Of a stretch of 32,000 bases of DNA, positions 7,179-17,738 are shown one piece after another. Location of the stretch: the sequence record MW835180.1, one strand, 5' to 3'. Positions within the stretch are counted from its first letter, which is position 1. Every line of letters begins with the position of its first letter. Both the position numbers and the translations under genes were made by a program. The stretch comes from Pseudomonas phage vB_PaeS_PAJD-1. The notes under the pieces were generated by a model. That model was not told the DNA's origin. It searched no databases and saw nothing but the letters and a program-made list of their open reading frames with translations.

Positions 7179-10108
7179 TGGCGACCGAAACTATTGACAT
7201 CCGAATCCGAGAAGACGGTTCTCGGGTCGTTAAGCGGAACCTGGAGGACGTAGGCAACACCGCTGAGAAAGCTGCAAGCGGTGTTGATATCCTCAAGCGC
7301 GCCCTCGGCGCGCTGACTGCTTTTATCGCAGTCGATCAGATCCGCAAGTATGCCGACGCATGGGCAAGCGCGTCCGGGCAGATTCGCATCGCGACCAAGG
7401 ACATCGCGGAAGCTGCTGCCGTGCAGGAGCAGCTCTACAAGACAGCACAGAACACCCGCCAGGGCTTCACGGATATCGTTGAGCTCTACAGTCGAACCGC
7501 GCGATCGGGTAAAGAGCTTGGCGCATCCCAGGCCCAGCTAATCAAATTCACGGAGAACGTGGGCAAGACGCTTGCGGCCAGCAGCACAAGCGCACAGCAG
7601 GCGCAGGGTGCGCTCATGCAGATGGGCCAGGCGCTGGGTAGCGGTATCGTTCGAGCGGAAGAATTCAACTCCATCTTGGAGGGTGCGCCGGCGATCCTGC
7701 AAGTCGTCGCGAACCACATTGACGGCGCTGAAGGTAGCATCGGCAAGCTCCGGAAGATGATGCTGGACGGCAAGCTGACCTCCAAGGCGTTCTTCGATGC
7801 CATGCTTGCTGGGTCGGAAGAGATTGACGCCAAGTTCGGCAAGGCATCCTTCACCATCTCGCAGGGCTTCACGCTGATCAGTAACGCCTTCATGCGCTGG
7901 ATTGGCCAGACCGATTCTGCACTGGGCGTCAGTAACACGCTGGGCCAAGCGATGAAGTGGATCGCTGATAATATGGACATAGTTGCAGCGGCAGCGCTGT
8001 CGGTAGGGGCCGCGATCGCTGTTGCCTTCGTACCTACGGCGATCACTGCCGTAACGAACGCTGTGCGGGCGCTGTGGGCCGTGCTTGCCGCGAATCCGCT
8101 GGCCGCTGTTGTGATCGCGCTCACTGCTGTCGTGACTTACCTCACGCTCATGCGGGACGAGATCAACGTAGGCCTGGACGACGTCACTACGCTGGGCGAT
8201 GTGTTCCGTGCTGTGGGCGAGGACATCGCGGTCGTATTCAGTGATCTGAAGGAGCTCGCTTCCAGCGCGTTCTCGGGGCTGGGCGACATCGTTGCGGACG
8301 TGTATCAGTCGATCACACAAGCAACCGACCAGGAAACGAAAAACTGGCTTGCCCAATATACCAGCTTCTATGATGGTGTCGGTTCGGGCTTTGCTGGGGT
8401 GGCGAAGGGTATCGCGCGCACCATTGACGCGATCGCTGGGCTGCTGACCGGACTAGGCATCGCTGTGGTCAGGGCTTTCGCTGGTGTGCCTGACGCGATC
8501 AAGGAGATGTTCAACCGCACCTATAACGCGGTCGTCGGTGTTGTCGAGAACCTTGTGAATACCGTGATCAACGGTGTGAATAAGATGCGCAGCGCAGTCG
8601 GGATGGATCTGCTTGAGACCGTCAAGTTCGACCGGAAGCAAGTCGATACGAAGTTCTTCGAGACCTACGGTCAGAACATCGCGCAGTCTATCGATGACGG
8701 CTTCCAGCAGCAAGGCGGGTTCATGGAGAAGTGGGTCGATGGCGTCTTCACCCGTGCGCAGGCAATCGGCAAGCAACGCGCCGCAGCTTTGGGCAACCAG
8801 ACCGGCGTGGATCTGAACCAAGCGATGGGCACCTTCAAGGCCCCCGGCCCGGACGAGAAGGAACTGGAGAAGCAGCGCAAAGAACTCGAGAAGCTCAAGA
8901 ACGAACTGCGAAGCCTGTTGAACACGATCGCTCCGGTCGAAGGTGCGAAGCTGGAAATGGCAAAGGCTGAGGAGACGCTCAACAAGGCGGTCGCCAAGGG
9001 TTTGATAACCACACAGGATCAGGCACGTTACCTCGAGCTCCTCAAGTTCCACTATCAGGACATCATCGATCCGCTGGGCAAGGTGAATCGCGAGATGGAC
9101 GAACAGATTCGTCTGCTCGGTATGTCTTCGCGTGCGCGGCAGGTTGAGTCCGAGTACATGAAGATCGAGAAGGATCTGCGCTCGCAGGGTATCACGCTCA
9201 CGCAAGAGGAAACCGCTGCGCTCCGCAGCAAGATCGAGATGCTGCAACGCCAGAACGAACTGGTGGCAGCTCAGGATTCTATGCTTGCGAACAGCGTCGA
9301 GCAGCGCCGCGCGTTCAATACGCAGATCGAAGCGATGAACAACCTGCTGGCCAACCCGAGCAGTGGCTTCACTGCGGGCGATGCGCAAGGGCAGGTGATG
9401 GGCATGCTGGGTGGCATGGGTATCGACACCGCTGGGATGCAAGGCCAAATGCAGGCTCAGCTGGAGTTGATCCAGACGTACTATGCCCAGCTCGACATGC
9501 TGCGGCAGAACGATCTGATCAGCGAGCAGGACTACTCGAACGCCAAGGTTCAGCTGGCGCAGCGTGAGAACGAGTTGAAGACGCAGAACATGCGGAACTT
9601 CTTCTCCGGGCTTGCCAGCCTGCAAAGCTCCAACATCAAGGAGCTGGCTGCTATCGGTAAGGCTGCGGCAATCACCCAGGCGATCATGAACACCTACGAG
9701 GGCGCAACTAAGGCGCTGGCGCAGGGCGGTATCTACGGAGCGGCGATGGCTGCTGTCGTGGTGGCGCAGGGTATGGCGCAGGTGGCAGCGATCCGCTCCC
9801 AGCAGACTCAGGGCTTTATGACCGGCGGTAACTTCACCGTCGGGGGTACTGGTGGAGCAGACTCACAAATGGTAGCATTTAGGGCAACGCCCGGTGAGCA
9901 GGTGACGGTCAGTACGCCCACACAAGTTCGCAAGGGTACAGCAGCACAGGGTCAGGGCGACCAGGCAGCGGCTCAGCCTACTGTGGTCACACCGAAGATC
10001 ATCAACGTGCTGGATCCGTCCATTGTCGGAGATTACCTCGGAACTGACGATGGCGAACAGTTGATTATGAACGTCGTTCAGCGCAATCAACGCGCGCTGG
10101 GCTACTAA
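7178..10108 (+). CDS. Tail tape measure protein
   Basis: 976 aa, longest ORF; GVDILKRALGALTAFIAVDQIRKYADAWASASGQIRIATKDIAEAAAVQEQLYKTAQNTRQGFTDIVELYSRTAR...FNSILEGAPAILQVVANHIDG plus central hydrophobic segments. Confidence 0.92.
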   Translation: MATETIDIRIREDGSRVVKRNLEDVGNTAEKAASGVDILKRALGALTAFIAVDQIRKYADAWASASGQIRIATKDIAEAAAVQEQLYKTAQNTRQGFTDIVELYSRTARSGKELGASQAQLIKFTENVGKTLAASSTSAQQAQGALMQMGQALGSGIVRAEEFNSILEGAPAILQVVANHIDGAEGSIGKLRKMMLDGKLTSKAFFDAMLAGSEEIDAKFGKASFTISQGFTLISNAFMRWIGQTDSALGVSNTLGQAMKWIADNMDIVAAAALSVGAAIAVAFVPTAITAVTNAVRALWAVLAANPLAAVVIALTAVVTYLTLMRDEINVGLDDVTTLGDVFRAVGEDIAVVFSDLKELASSAFSGLGDIVADVYQSITQATDQETKNWLAQYTSFYDGVGSGFAGVAKGIARTIDAIAGLLTGLGIAVVRAFAGVPDAIKEMFNRTYNAVVGVVENLVNTVINGVNKMRSAVGMDLLETVKFDRKQVDTKFFETYGQNIAQSIDDGFQQQGGFMEKWVDGVFTRAQAIGKQRAAALGNQTGVDLNQAMGTFKAPGPDEKELEKQRKELEKLKNELRSLLNTIAPVEGAKLEMAKAEETLNKAVAKGLITTQDQARYLELLKFHYQDIIDPLGKVNREMDEQIRLLGMSSRARQVESEYMKIEKDLRSQGITLTQEETAALRSKIEMLQRQNELVAAQDSMLANSVEQRRAFNTQIEAMNNLLANPSSGFTAGDAQGQVMGMLGGMGIDTAGMQGQMQAQLELIQTYYAQLDMLRQNDLISEQDYSNAKVQLAQRENELKTQNMRNFFSGLASLQSSNIKELAAIGKAAAITQAIMNTYEGATKALAQGGIYGAAMAAVVVAQGMAQVAAIRSQQTQGFMTGGNFTVGGTGGADSQMVAFRATPGEQVTVSTPTQVRKGTAAQGQGDQAAAQPTVVTPKIINVLDPSIVGDYLGTDDGEQLIMNVVQRNQRALGY

Positions 10109-10120
10109 GAGGAGAATTAA

Positions 10121-11632
10121 ATGGCAAACGAAGTAGGCACCGCGTCGAACCTGGAGGATCTGTTCGGTAAGATCATTTCCTTCCTCACGACGAATGCTGC
10201 GCTCGTTGCAGCAAATCAGGATTGGATTGTGAATCGCCAATTCCGCGATGGCGTAGCGGGCATGACGACAAACATGACAGAGCCTACTTCTGCGATTTCG
10301 CGGAAGATTCTTCACTCTTTCCGCTATACGCCTCGCTCACTTAACACTAACAACCCGAACTCAACGGAAGGTTATACGCAATGCACGGGCTACACCTCTG
10401 GCAGTAGCTACATCGCATTGACATTGCGCGCGGCGCGAGAGATCAAGAATGTCCGTATGTGGGCGCCCAACAGCACCGACGTCTCGACGATGCTACAGAA
10501 CTTCCGCCTTCAATACTCCGACGATAATTCGACTTGGACTACAGCGCTGACAGTCAATTCGAATCCCACCTATGCTCAGAATGAAATGAAAGACTTTGCT
10601 GTTCCGGGCACGCCCGGGGCGCATGTGTATTGGCGGATCCTGATTGACCGTGTGCAAAGCGGTTCAGGCACTACGGTGTCGTGGCGTTCTTTGTTACTTC
10701 AGCTTAACGATGGCACCATCGCAAATCATTTCGGAAGTGAGGCGCTCCTTAAAGCGCCTGGCAATTCCGGAACCGAAAATATCTACACTGGCATTCGGTG
10801 TGAATACGACGCTTCTAACGGCTGGTACAACCTGTTCTTGATGGGTTATACCGGATACGACGCGAACGTACTGGATTTCTTTATGCAGCCAGGCGCGCTG
10901 TCCAGTTACGGCGACGTCAATCCCATGATCTGTCCGATGGTTCCTTGTTGGAACACATCAATGCCTTATTGGTTTGCAGCGACAGGTCGTTCTTTCAGGT
11001 TCGGGTTGAAAGTCTCCACAAGTTTCGAGGGGGGCTATCTTGGGTTCTTCTTGCCGTACGCAACGCCAGGCCAATATCCTTATCCGATAGCGGTAGGCGG
11101 GTCAATGATTCCGAGCAACGTCGCTCGGGGCGTGGAATGGCGTTATTCGTATAACGATTTCACTCACAGCGTGTTCCCGACGCCCGCATGCTCTTCACCC
11201 ACTGCCCAATTCGCCAATTCGACTCTTTACATAAGGCTTCCTGACGGGACATGGCGTTCAACAGGGCAACGAGCAACGTCTTCGGATCCGAACACCATCA
11301 CAAGAATGACGATGAACTCTTCGTCGCCTTTTGCTACGGGCGGACCCGCGATCGGCGTCTGGCCTACTTGTGTGCATAGCACTACTGTCGGAGACGGAAC
11401 ACTTCCATATCGCGAGGTTCTAGGAGGGGGTTATATCACTCAACCGCTTATCCTATTGCAACGACTTCCGACGTTGGCAGTATGGGGCGAGCTCGAGGGT
11501 GTATTCGCTATCTCGGGATTCAGTAACTCTTCCGAGAACACGACAACAGTAGGCGGGACTAACCACATTGTCTTTCAGAACGTCGCGCGTACCGAAGTTC
11601 AAGAATACTGGGCGTTGGCCCTTCCCGCCTAA
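10121..11632 (+). CDS. Virion/tail-associated protein (possible receptor-binding), hypothetical
   Basis: 503 aa after TMP; N-term MANEVGTASNLEDLFGKIISFLT; discoidin-like region (REIKNVRMWAPNS...FRLQYSDDNSTWTTA...VYWRILID). Confidence 0.6.
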   Translation: MANEVGTASNLEDLFGKIISFLTTNAALVAANQDWIVNRQFRDGVAGMTTNMTEPTSAISRKILHSFRYTPRSLNTNNPNSTEGYTQCTGYTSGSSYIALTLRAAREIKNVRMWAPNSTDVSTMLQNFRLQYSDDNSTWTTALTVNSNPTYAQNEMKDFAVPGTPGAHVYWRILIDRVQSGSGTTVSWRSLLLQLNDGTIANHFGSEALLKAPGNSGTENIYTGIRCEYDASNGWYNLFLMGYTGYDANVLDFFMQPGALSSYGDVNPMICPMVPCWNTSMPYWFAATGRSFRFGLKVSTSFEGGYLGFFLPYATPGQYPYPIAVGGSMIPSNVARGVEWRYSYNDFTHSVFPTPACSSPTAQFANSTLYIRLPDGTWRSTGQRATSSDPNTITRMTMNSSSPFATGGPAIGVWPTCVHSTTVGDGTLPYREVLGGGYITQPLILLQRLPTLAVWGELEGVFAISGFSNSSENTTTVGGTNHIVFQNVARTEVQEYWALALPA

Positions 11633-11642
11633 GGAGAATTGA

Positions 11643-12638
11643 ATGGCATACGAAACTGGAACCGCAACCGGAGCGACAGATCTGCTGGATAAGCTGCGCC
11701 TGTTCGCTATTGCACAAGGCTGGACAGTCAATCGCTGGGTAGCGTGGGCGTCGGGCCGAGAGCTTTGTCTGCAGAAAGGTACAGCCTATTTCAATCTTCG
11801 TTCCTGCCAGAACGGTTCATTGCTGGTCAATGGCTCTACGCAGGCCAGCAAATACGGCATCACTCTGAATGGTTCCGATGGGTACGCGGGAGGCAGCGCC
11901 TGGGACCGTCAGCCTGGATACCCTGTGCGTCCAGCGGGGACAGCGGGCAGCGAACAATATCACGCTTTTCTGCCCATGGTGACGAACTTCGGGCCGTTTC
12001 CATCTTATTACCTGTTCGCTCCGGACAGCAAGACAATTTATCTGGAGCTTGAGATTTCAACAGGTGTGTTTCAGCGCCTCGGGTTCGGTTCGCTCGATCT
12101 TTATAACGCCTCGACGCCCGGTGGTGGTCGTTTCTTCTACGCGACCGGCGCGGAGCACGTGACGAATGCCACCACGTCGTCGACGTGGCTTGGGACCGAA
12201 ATTGGCTCCTCTTGGTCCCAGGAGGAAGTCCCGTTCCGGGCCGCTGAAGTCCCTCTTTCTTCCGCGAGATCTGGCTCAGCTGTGCGCTGTGCTTTTGACG
12301 CATTCGACAACTGGGCAGGGTCCGGCACACAATCCTCCACGACACACCTTGCTCAAGCCTGCCAAGGGGGAGGGACTCATGACCGCATGATTCGAGACCT
12401 GGCCCCTAATCCTCTTAACAATATCGGTCTGCTGACTCCGAATGTCGTATCTGTCAATCGGGCGAACCTCTATCTGCACCCTATTGGTGTCGTCCCGGGC
12501 ATCCGCTACATGGATATGACAAACTATCTGCCCGGCGACGAATTCACTCTAGGCTCTGACACTTGGAAGGTCTTCCCGTGGTACAACAAGGGAGGGCGCA
12601 GCTTCCAGCGCGGAATCGCCTATCTGAAGGTGGTGTAA
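11643..12638 (+). CDS. Virion/tail-associated protein, hypothetical
   Basis: 331 aa; N-term MAYETGTATGATDLLDKLRLFAIAQGWTVNRW resembles the N-term of the preceding gene; AAGGAG SD. Confidence 0.6.
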   Translation: MAYETGTATGATDLLDKLRLFAIAQGWTVNRWVAWASGRELCLQKGTAYFNLRSCQNGSLLVNGSTQASKYGITLNGSDGYAGGSAWDRQPGYPVRPAGTAGSEQYHAFLPMVTNFGPFPSYYLFAPDSKTIYLELEISTGVFQRLGFGSLDLYNASTPGGGRFFYATGAEHVTNATTSSTWLGTEIGSSWSQEEVPFRAAEVPLSSARSGSAVRCAFDAFDNWAGSGTQSSTTHLAQACQGGGTHDRMIRDLAPNPLNNIGLLTPNVVSVNRANLYLHPIGVVPGIRYMDMTNYLPGDEFTLGSDTWKVFPWYNKGGRSFQRGIAYLKVV

Positions 12639-12639
12639 C

Positions 12640-14325
12640 ATGGCAGTGATCACGACCTACGGGGTCCAGGATTACAACAAATGGCGCCAGAAGAACCCGC
12701 CTGAGATTGCGGCGGGTTATGACGAGCTTGACTTCGTAGATGGTTCGGTTCCCCCGAATCGTCCTGTCATGCTTGCGCCTGGTTTCTCATACGGGACGAT
12801 CGCAGACAATACGCCAATCTCTCTTGAGCCTCAGGACACACTAACGGGATATCGCCAGAAGTCTTTCCTGGACGACTATTACAATCGCATCCACGTGAAT
12901 CCGGGCGTGATCGCACTTGGCAACCTATTGTCTGCACAGGTTCGGACCGTGGAAGTGTGGTCAGCCTACTTTACGCCTAAGCTGTTGTCCTCTTTGACAC
13001 AGGTCGGAACTGAAGGCATTACTCTCACGCAACCCGAAGCGGCGCCCACCTACTTTGCGGCTGTCGAAGCTCGCATCTATACCATCAACATCAGCACGAA
13101 CGGCCCTCCGATCGTCGATGCTGTGTATAGCTTCCATTTCCCGTCCGAGACGCCTACGCTCACGGTGACTGGTCGCCGTGTGGTGCTGTGGCCTTTTGTG
13201 CCCGATACAGGGTACGACGAGACCATGGAATGGAAAACAGATCTGCTCGATAGCTTCAACAACGAACAGCGCCTTGCCCTGCGCGAAGCACCTCGCCAGA
13301 CGTTCTCACACAAGTTCCTTCTGGACGAGCAGCAGTTCAGTCGGGCAAAGGCGATCAGCACGCAATGGGCGCACCGCGTCTATGGCATTGCAGTCTGGGA
13401 CGAAGTGACTCCTCTACTGAACGGCCTTACCGCTGGTTCGTCGTTCATTGCGTTCGATACTGCGAACGCTGACTACCGCGACGACGACCTGATCATGCTG
13501 TGGGCATCCGATACCAATCTGGCAGCGCTGGAGATCACGACGGTGACCCCTACTGGCGTCAATCTTAAGCTGCCCCTGGACAAGAATTGGCCCAAGTGTT
13601 ATATCGCGCCCCTTCGCTTTGCCAGGACGCTCAGCGGGGTCGAATACAGCCGCGCGGCGAACAAGTATATCACCGCTAAGGCACAGTTCCTTGTGACGCA
13701 GAACAAGGACTTGGGCGATAATGGTTCATTCCCCACATATCGGGGCAAGCCCGTTATGACGGATCGGTCTGCTGTGGTCGGCGACCTTAGCGAAAAGATT
13801 GTCAGAACGATCGACATGTTCGACAACGGCTCAGGGCCCATCCAGATTGACATTGCGTCGAATTGGGTGCGCTTCATGCAGACGATCTCGTTCATCAAGA
13901 ACAATAAGGCGGATGTGTGGAAGCTGCGCAAGTGGATCCATGCACGACGCGGGAAGCAGCGCGCGTTCTGGTTGCCCTCCTGGAACCGTGATCTGGTCAT
14001 CTTGCAGGACGTGGCGAGCACCGCAAGCTCAATCACTGTAAGTCCGATCGGTTATCCGCTATACTACACCGTCAAGGACATCATGATCCAACTCCTCAAC
14101 GGGACTCGCATCTTTGCGCGGGTAACGTCCGGGAGCACCGATAACGACGGGAACGAAGCGCTGCCGCTGAGCGCACAGATCGGAACGGCCTTTGCAACGA
14201 CCGATATCGACTTTGTGTGCTTCATGTCCCACGTCCGATTCGATACGGATCTGGTGACGTTTAATCACAGAGATGTCGGTCAGGTATCGACCTCCATCGC
14301 ACTAGCGGAGACACCTGAGTCATGA
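12640..14325 (+). CDS. Distal/minor tail protein
   Basis: 561 aa between the virion proteins and the DUF2163-like protein; WKLRKWIHARRGKQRAFWLPSWNRDLVI segment typical of tail proteins in this slot; ATGA coupling to the next gene. Confidence 0.65.
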   Translation: MAVITTYGVQDYNKWRQKNPPEIAAGYDELDFVDGSVPPNRPVMLAPGFSYGTIADNTPISLEPQDTLTGYRQKSFLDDYYNRIHVNPGVIALGNLLSAQVRTVEVWSAYFTPKLLSSLTQVGTEGITLTQPEAAPTYFAAVEARIYTINISTNGPPIVDAVYSFHFPSETPTLTVTGRRVVLWPFVPDTGYDETMEWKTDLLDSFNNEQRLALREAPRQTFSHKFLLDEQQFSRAKAISTQWAHRVYGIAVWDEVTPLLNGLTAGSSFIAFDTANADYRDDDLIMLWASDTNLAALEITTVTPTGVNLKLPLDKNWPKCYIAPLRFARTLSGVEYSRAANKYITAKAQFLVTQNKDLGDNGSFPTYRGKPVMTDRSAVVGDLSEKIVRTIDMFDNGSGPIQIDIASNWVRFMQTISFIKNNKADVWKLRKWIHARRGKQRAFWLPSWNRDLVILQDVASTASSITVSPIGYPLYYTVKDIMIQLLNGTRIFARVTSGSTDNDGNEALPLSAQIGTAFATTDIDFVCFMSHVRFDTDLVTFNHRDVGQVSTSIALAETPES

Positions 14326-15131
14326 CGTATGCAAGCTATGAGACGTCGTTAGAAACGGGAACCCCGATCGAGCTCTATGAGTTCGTGCAGGGGATTTCCC
14401 GCTGGAACTTCGTCAGCGGAGTGAATGAGATCATCCGGCTGGGGCAGACCTTCACTCCGTCACCTGTCAAGCGCGATAGCGTGAAACAGACGACCGACAC
14501 GTTCAAGGATTCTATCAAGCTGGTATTCCCTCGGGACGATGCGTTCGCTTCACAGTACCTCGCGTTCGCGCCCGAAGACGTGACCACAGTAACGATCTAT
14601 CGCGGCCACTATGGCGATCCGGACGCTCAGTTCATTGTGTATTGGAAAGGGCGTGTCGTTGGTGCCAAGACCAGCGGCAACCAGATCGAGGTTCAGTGCG
14701 AGTCCGTCTTCACATCGATCAAGCGCCCGGGCCTGCGTGCGCGCTTCGAATACGGGTGCAGGCGCACGCTGTACCTGAAGGGCTGCAACGTCAATCGCGA
14801 GCTCTACAAGCATGAGGGCGCTGTGCTGTCGATTGCGGGCGGGCTGGTCGTCGCTGTAGCGGGCGCAGCATTGCAGCCCGACGGTTACTACACCGGCGGC
14901 ATGATCGTCGCCCCAGACGGCAGCGCGCGATTCATTACTGCCCATGCGGGTGACACCGTAACGATGGCAAGACCACTGGCCAGCCTTGCGGGCGGACAGA
15001 CTGTGGCCATCTACCCAGGCTGCGATCACTTGAAAGAAACGTGCAAGAACAAATTCAACAATCTGGACAACTTCGGCGGGTTCCCTTGGATCCCAGCCAA
15101 GAACCCGTATAGCGGTTCGTCCATCGCTTAG
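14322..15131 (+). CDS. Minor tail protein, DUF2163 / BR0599-like
   Basis: 269 aa: ARFEYGCRRTLYLKGCNVNRELYK ... PGCDHLKETCKNKFNNLDNFGGFPWIPAKNPYSGSS, the family C-terminal signature. Confidence 0.82.
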   Translation: MTYASYETSLETGTPIELYEFVQGISRWNFVSGVNEIIRLGQTFTPSPVKRDSVKQTTDTFKDSIKLVFPRDDAFASQYLAFAPEDVTTVTIYRGHYGDPDAQFIVYWKGRVVGAKTSGNQIEVQCESVFTSIKRPGLRARFEYGCRRTLYLKGCNVNRELYKHEGAVLSIAGGLVVAVAGAALQPDGYYTGGMIVAPDGSARFITAHAGDTVTMARPLASLAGGQTVAIYPGCDHLKETCKNKFNNLDNFGGFPWIPAKNPYSGSSIA

Positions 15132-15140
15132 GAGAACGAT

Positions 15141-15374
15141 ATGGCATGGGTCTATGCAATCGTGTTCATCGTCGCGCTGGTTGTCAGCTATGCGATGATG
15201 CCCAAGCCCGAGACTCGTCCTCCTGCCGGACTGGACGAGATTCAGGCGCCCACAGCAGAAGTCGGTCGCGAAATCCCTGTGCTGTTTGGCACCCGCAAGA
15301 TGGACGGGCCGAATGTGGTGTGGTACGGAGATCTTCGAACTGTCCCTGTGAAGAAGAAGGGAGGCAAGAAGTGA
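15141..15374 (+). CDS. Small tail-cassette protein with N-terminal hydrophobic segment
   Basis: 77 aa: MAWVYAIVFIVALVVSYAMMPKPE...GREIPVLFGTRKMDGPNVVWYGDLRT; AGGAG SD. Confidence 0.7.
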   Translation: MAWVYAIVFIVALVVSYAMMPKPETRPPAGLDEIQAPTAEVGREIPVLFGTRKMDGPNVVWYGDLRTVPVKKKGGKK

Positions 15375-15574
15375 CGAACAGTGTGATCGTCCGAATGGAA
15401 CACTGTCGCGAGCTGCGCTACTGTGCGCGGGGCGTGAGGGAGCTGTTCGCTCGGTATGGCCTGGACTATACCGATTTCTTGAACAACGGCATCGATTCCG
15501 ATAGGCTGCTGGAAGCCACCAGCAATGACGGAATGGCGCTTGCAGCAGTGGAGGTGGCTCGTGGGCGGAAGTAG
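15371..15574 (+). CDS. Small tail-cassette protein, GTG start
   Basis: MTNSVIVRMEHCRELRYCARGVRELFARYGLDYTDFLNNGIDSDRLLEATSNDGMALAAVEVARGRK; GTG at 15371 overlaps the preceding TGA, with GGGAGG SD. The ORF-track start at 15146 is upstream in the same frame and unlikely. Confidence 0.72.
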   Translation: MTNSVIVRMEHCRELRYCARGVRELFARYGLDYTDFLNNGIDSDRLLEATSNDGMALAAVEVARGRK

Positions 15575-17738
15575 CAAAGCGCAGACAGTCGGATATAAGT
15601 ATTATCTCGGCATGCACATGGTATTCTGCCATGGACCGATCGACAAGATCATCAAGGTAGAGTTCGACGAAAAGACTGCCTGGACTGGTAAAGCTACGGG
15701 CGGCGCAATCACTATCAGTGCTGACACATTGTTCGGCGGTGAGGAACGCGAAGGCGGTGTATCGGGCACGGTCGATATCGATATGGGTAGCGACACGCAG
15801 ACGCCGAACAGCTACCTCGTGAGCAAGCTGGGGTCGATGGTGCCGGGCTTCAGAGGTGTGGTCAGCGCTGTGTTCCGTCAAGTGTATCTTGGCATGAACC
15901 CGTATCTGAAACGCCCATCGTTCTGGGGCCAGCGCATACTGGTTCGCCAGAACGGAATCGCTCAATGGTACATCGCGAAGGCAGCGATCGGCCAGGATAT
16001 GAACCCAGCGCACATCATCCGCGAGTGCCTCACTGACCCGGATTGGGGCATGGGTTATCCTGAAGCTGATGTGGATGACACTACGTTTCAGGCTGCTGCC
16101 GATCAGATGTATAGCGAAGGCATGGGCATGTCGCTCCTGTGGGATCGTTCAGTAACTCTTGAGGAATTCATTCAGGAGGTACTGAAGCACATCGACGGTT
16201 CCTTGTTCGTGGATCGCACGTCAGGAAAGTTTGTGCTCAAGCTGGCGCGCGGCGGATACGATGTCAATTCGTTGCTGGTGCTGGACGAGTCCTCTGTCGA
16301 TAAGATTTCGGATTTCAAGCGTAACACCATAGGCGAGCTCGTCAATTCTGTGACTGTCGTCTATTGGGACGCAAGCACAGGCAAGAACAATTCGATCACA
16401 GTGCAAGACATTGCACTGGCTGCGCAGCAGCAGTCTGTCGTGAGCACGACAAAGCAGTTCCCAGGATTCACGAACGGCACCATTGCAACGAAGGTCGCAG
16501 CACGTTCGCTCAAGGCGCTGTCAGTCCCGCTTGCCAGTGGCACCATCTACGCCAACCGCAAAGCAGCATCGCTGAACATTGGTGACGTCTTTGTGCTCAG
16601 CTGGCCACGCTACGGCATCAGCCAGCTTGTCATGCGAGTGGCGAACGTGGAGCTGGGCGCACTGGACAGCAACGTCGTCAAGATCAGCGCAGTGGAGGAC
16701 GTGTTCGCCCTGTCGAGCGCCATCTATGCGCCTCCTCCGCCTAGCGGCTGGACTGATCCCAACAATGAACCCGCGCCTTGCCCGTATCATTGCGTCATCG
16801 AGGCGCCGTTCTGGGAGCTGTGTCAGCGCATGGGTGAAACTGACGCGCGTAGCATTCCGACGACAGCGGGTTTCGTTGTGGCCACAGGTGTGCGGCCCAC
16901 GAGTGACGCGGGTAACGCCAAGCTCTATACGAACCCGACGAACACTGCGTACGAGGAGGCCGGCACGGTCGATTTCTGCCCTACTGCTGTCCTCAGTGCT
17001 GCTATCACCCCGAACCAGACGGTGATCCCGATTCAGTCCGGGATGGACTTGGACATTGTCAAGATTAACACCTATGCAGTCATCGACAATGAACTGGTCA
17101 TCGTTACCGCGATCAGTAGCTCGTCTATGACTGTGGGACGCGGGGTGCTTGATTCTGTGCCCGCGGTACATGCGCTAGGCGCTCGCGTGTTCTTCCCCGA
17201 TGTGTATTTTGAGACAGATCAGGTGGAGTACGCTCAAGGCGAAGTAGCTCGGATCAAACTTCTGCCCACTACGGCCAAGGGTACTCTTGCAGAAGCATCC
17301 GCTACAGCGCAAACGGTGACGATCCAGGCTCGAGCGCCTCGCCCCTACCCTCCGCAGAAGCTGCGCATCAATAGTCTGGCCTATCCGGACACGGTTCGAG
17401 GCGACCAGAACATCACTGTGACATGGGTACATCGCGACCGATTGCAGCAGACCGCGACGCTCGTCGATACAGAGGCAGCAAGCATCGGCCCAGAAGCGAA
17501 CACGACTTACACTTGCCGCCTATTGACCCAGGCGGGGTCAGTGCTCGTGACGCATGCGGGGCTGACTGGTGTGGTTACGGACACCTTCACTCTTGCGGAG
17601 ATGGGGTCCAATTATGGAAGGCTGAGAATTCAGCTGTGGGCCGTGCGTGATGGTATTCAAAGCCTTCAGATGCACGATTGGGAATTCACTCGGTCCGGTT
17701 ACGGTGCCGGATATGGTTACTCTTACGGAGGCGCATAA
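15561..17738 (+). CDS. Tail hub / tip attachment protein (gpJ-like, host-specificity type)
   Basis: GTG start with GGAGG SD giving MGGSSKAQTVGYKYYLGMHMVFCHGPIDKIIKVEFDEKTAW; 725 aa ending in the GAGYGYSYGGA tail. Upstream ATG at 15525 lies inside the preceding gene. Confidence 0.78.
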   Translation: MGGSSKAQTVGYKYYLGMHMVFCHGPIDKIIKVEFDEKTAWTGKATGGAITISADTLFGGEEREGGVSGTVDIDMGSDTQTPNSYLVSKLGSMVPGFRGVVSAVFRQVYLGMNPYLKRPSFWGQRILVRQNGIAQWYIAKAAIGQDMNPAHIIRECLTDPDWGMGYPEADVDDTTFQAAADQMYSEGMGMSLLWDRSVTLEEFIQEVLKHIDGSLFVDRTSGKFVLKLARGGYDVNSLLVLDESSVDKISDFKRNTIGELVNSVTVVYWDASTGKNNSITVQDIALAAQQQSVVSTTKQFPGFTNGTIATKVAARSLKALSVPLASGTIYANRKAASLNIGDVFVLSWPRYGISQLVMRVANVELGALDSNVVKISAVEDVFALSSAIYAPPPPSGWTDPNNEPAPCPYHCVIEAPFWELCQRMGETDARSIPTTAGFVVATGVRPTSDAGNAKLYTNPTNTAYEEAGTVDFCPTAVLSAAITPNQTVIPIQSGMDLDIVKINTYAVIDNELVIVTAISSSSMTVGRGVLDSVPAVHALGARVFFPDVYFETDQVEYAQGEVARIKLLPTTAKGTLAEASATAQTVTIQARAPRPYPPQKLRINSLAYPDTVRGDQNITVTWVHRDRLQQTATLVDTEAASIGPEANTTYTCRLLTQAGSVLVTHAGLTGVVTDTFTLAEMGSNYGRLRIQLWAVRDGIQSLQMHDWEFTRSGYGAGYGYSYGGA

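Noticed and set aside
14550-16013. 487-aa minus-strand ORF
   Set aside because: Antisense shadow across three plus-strand tail genes; biased composition with no recognisable domains.
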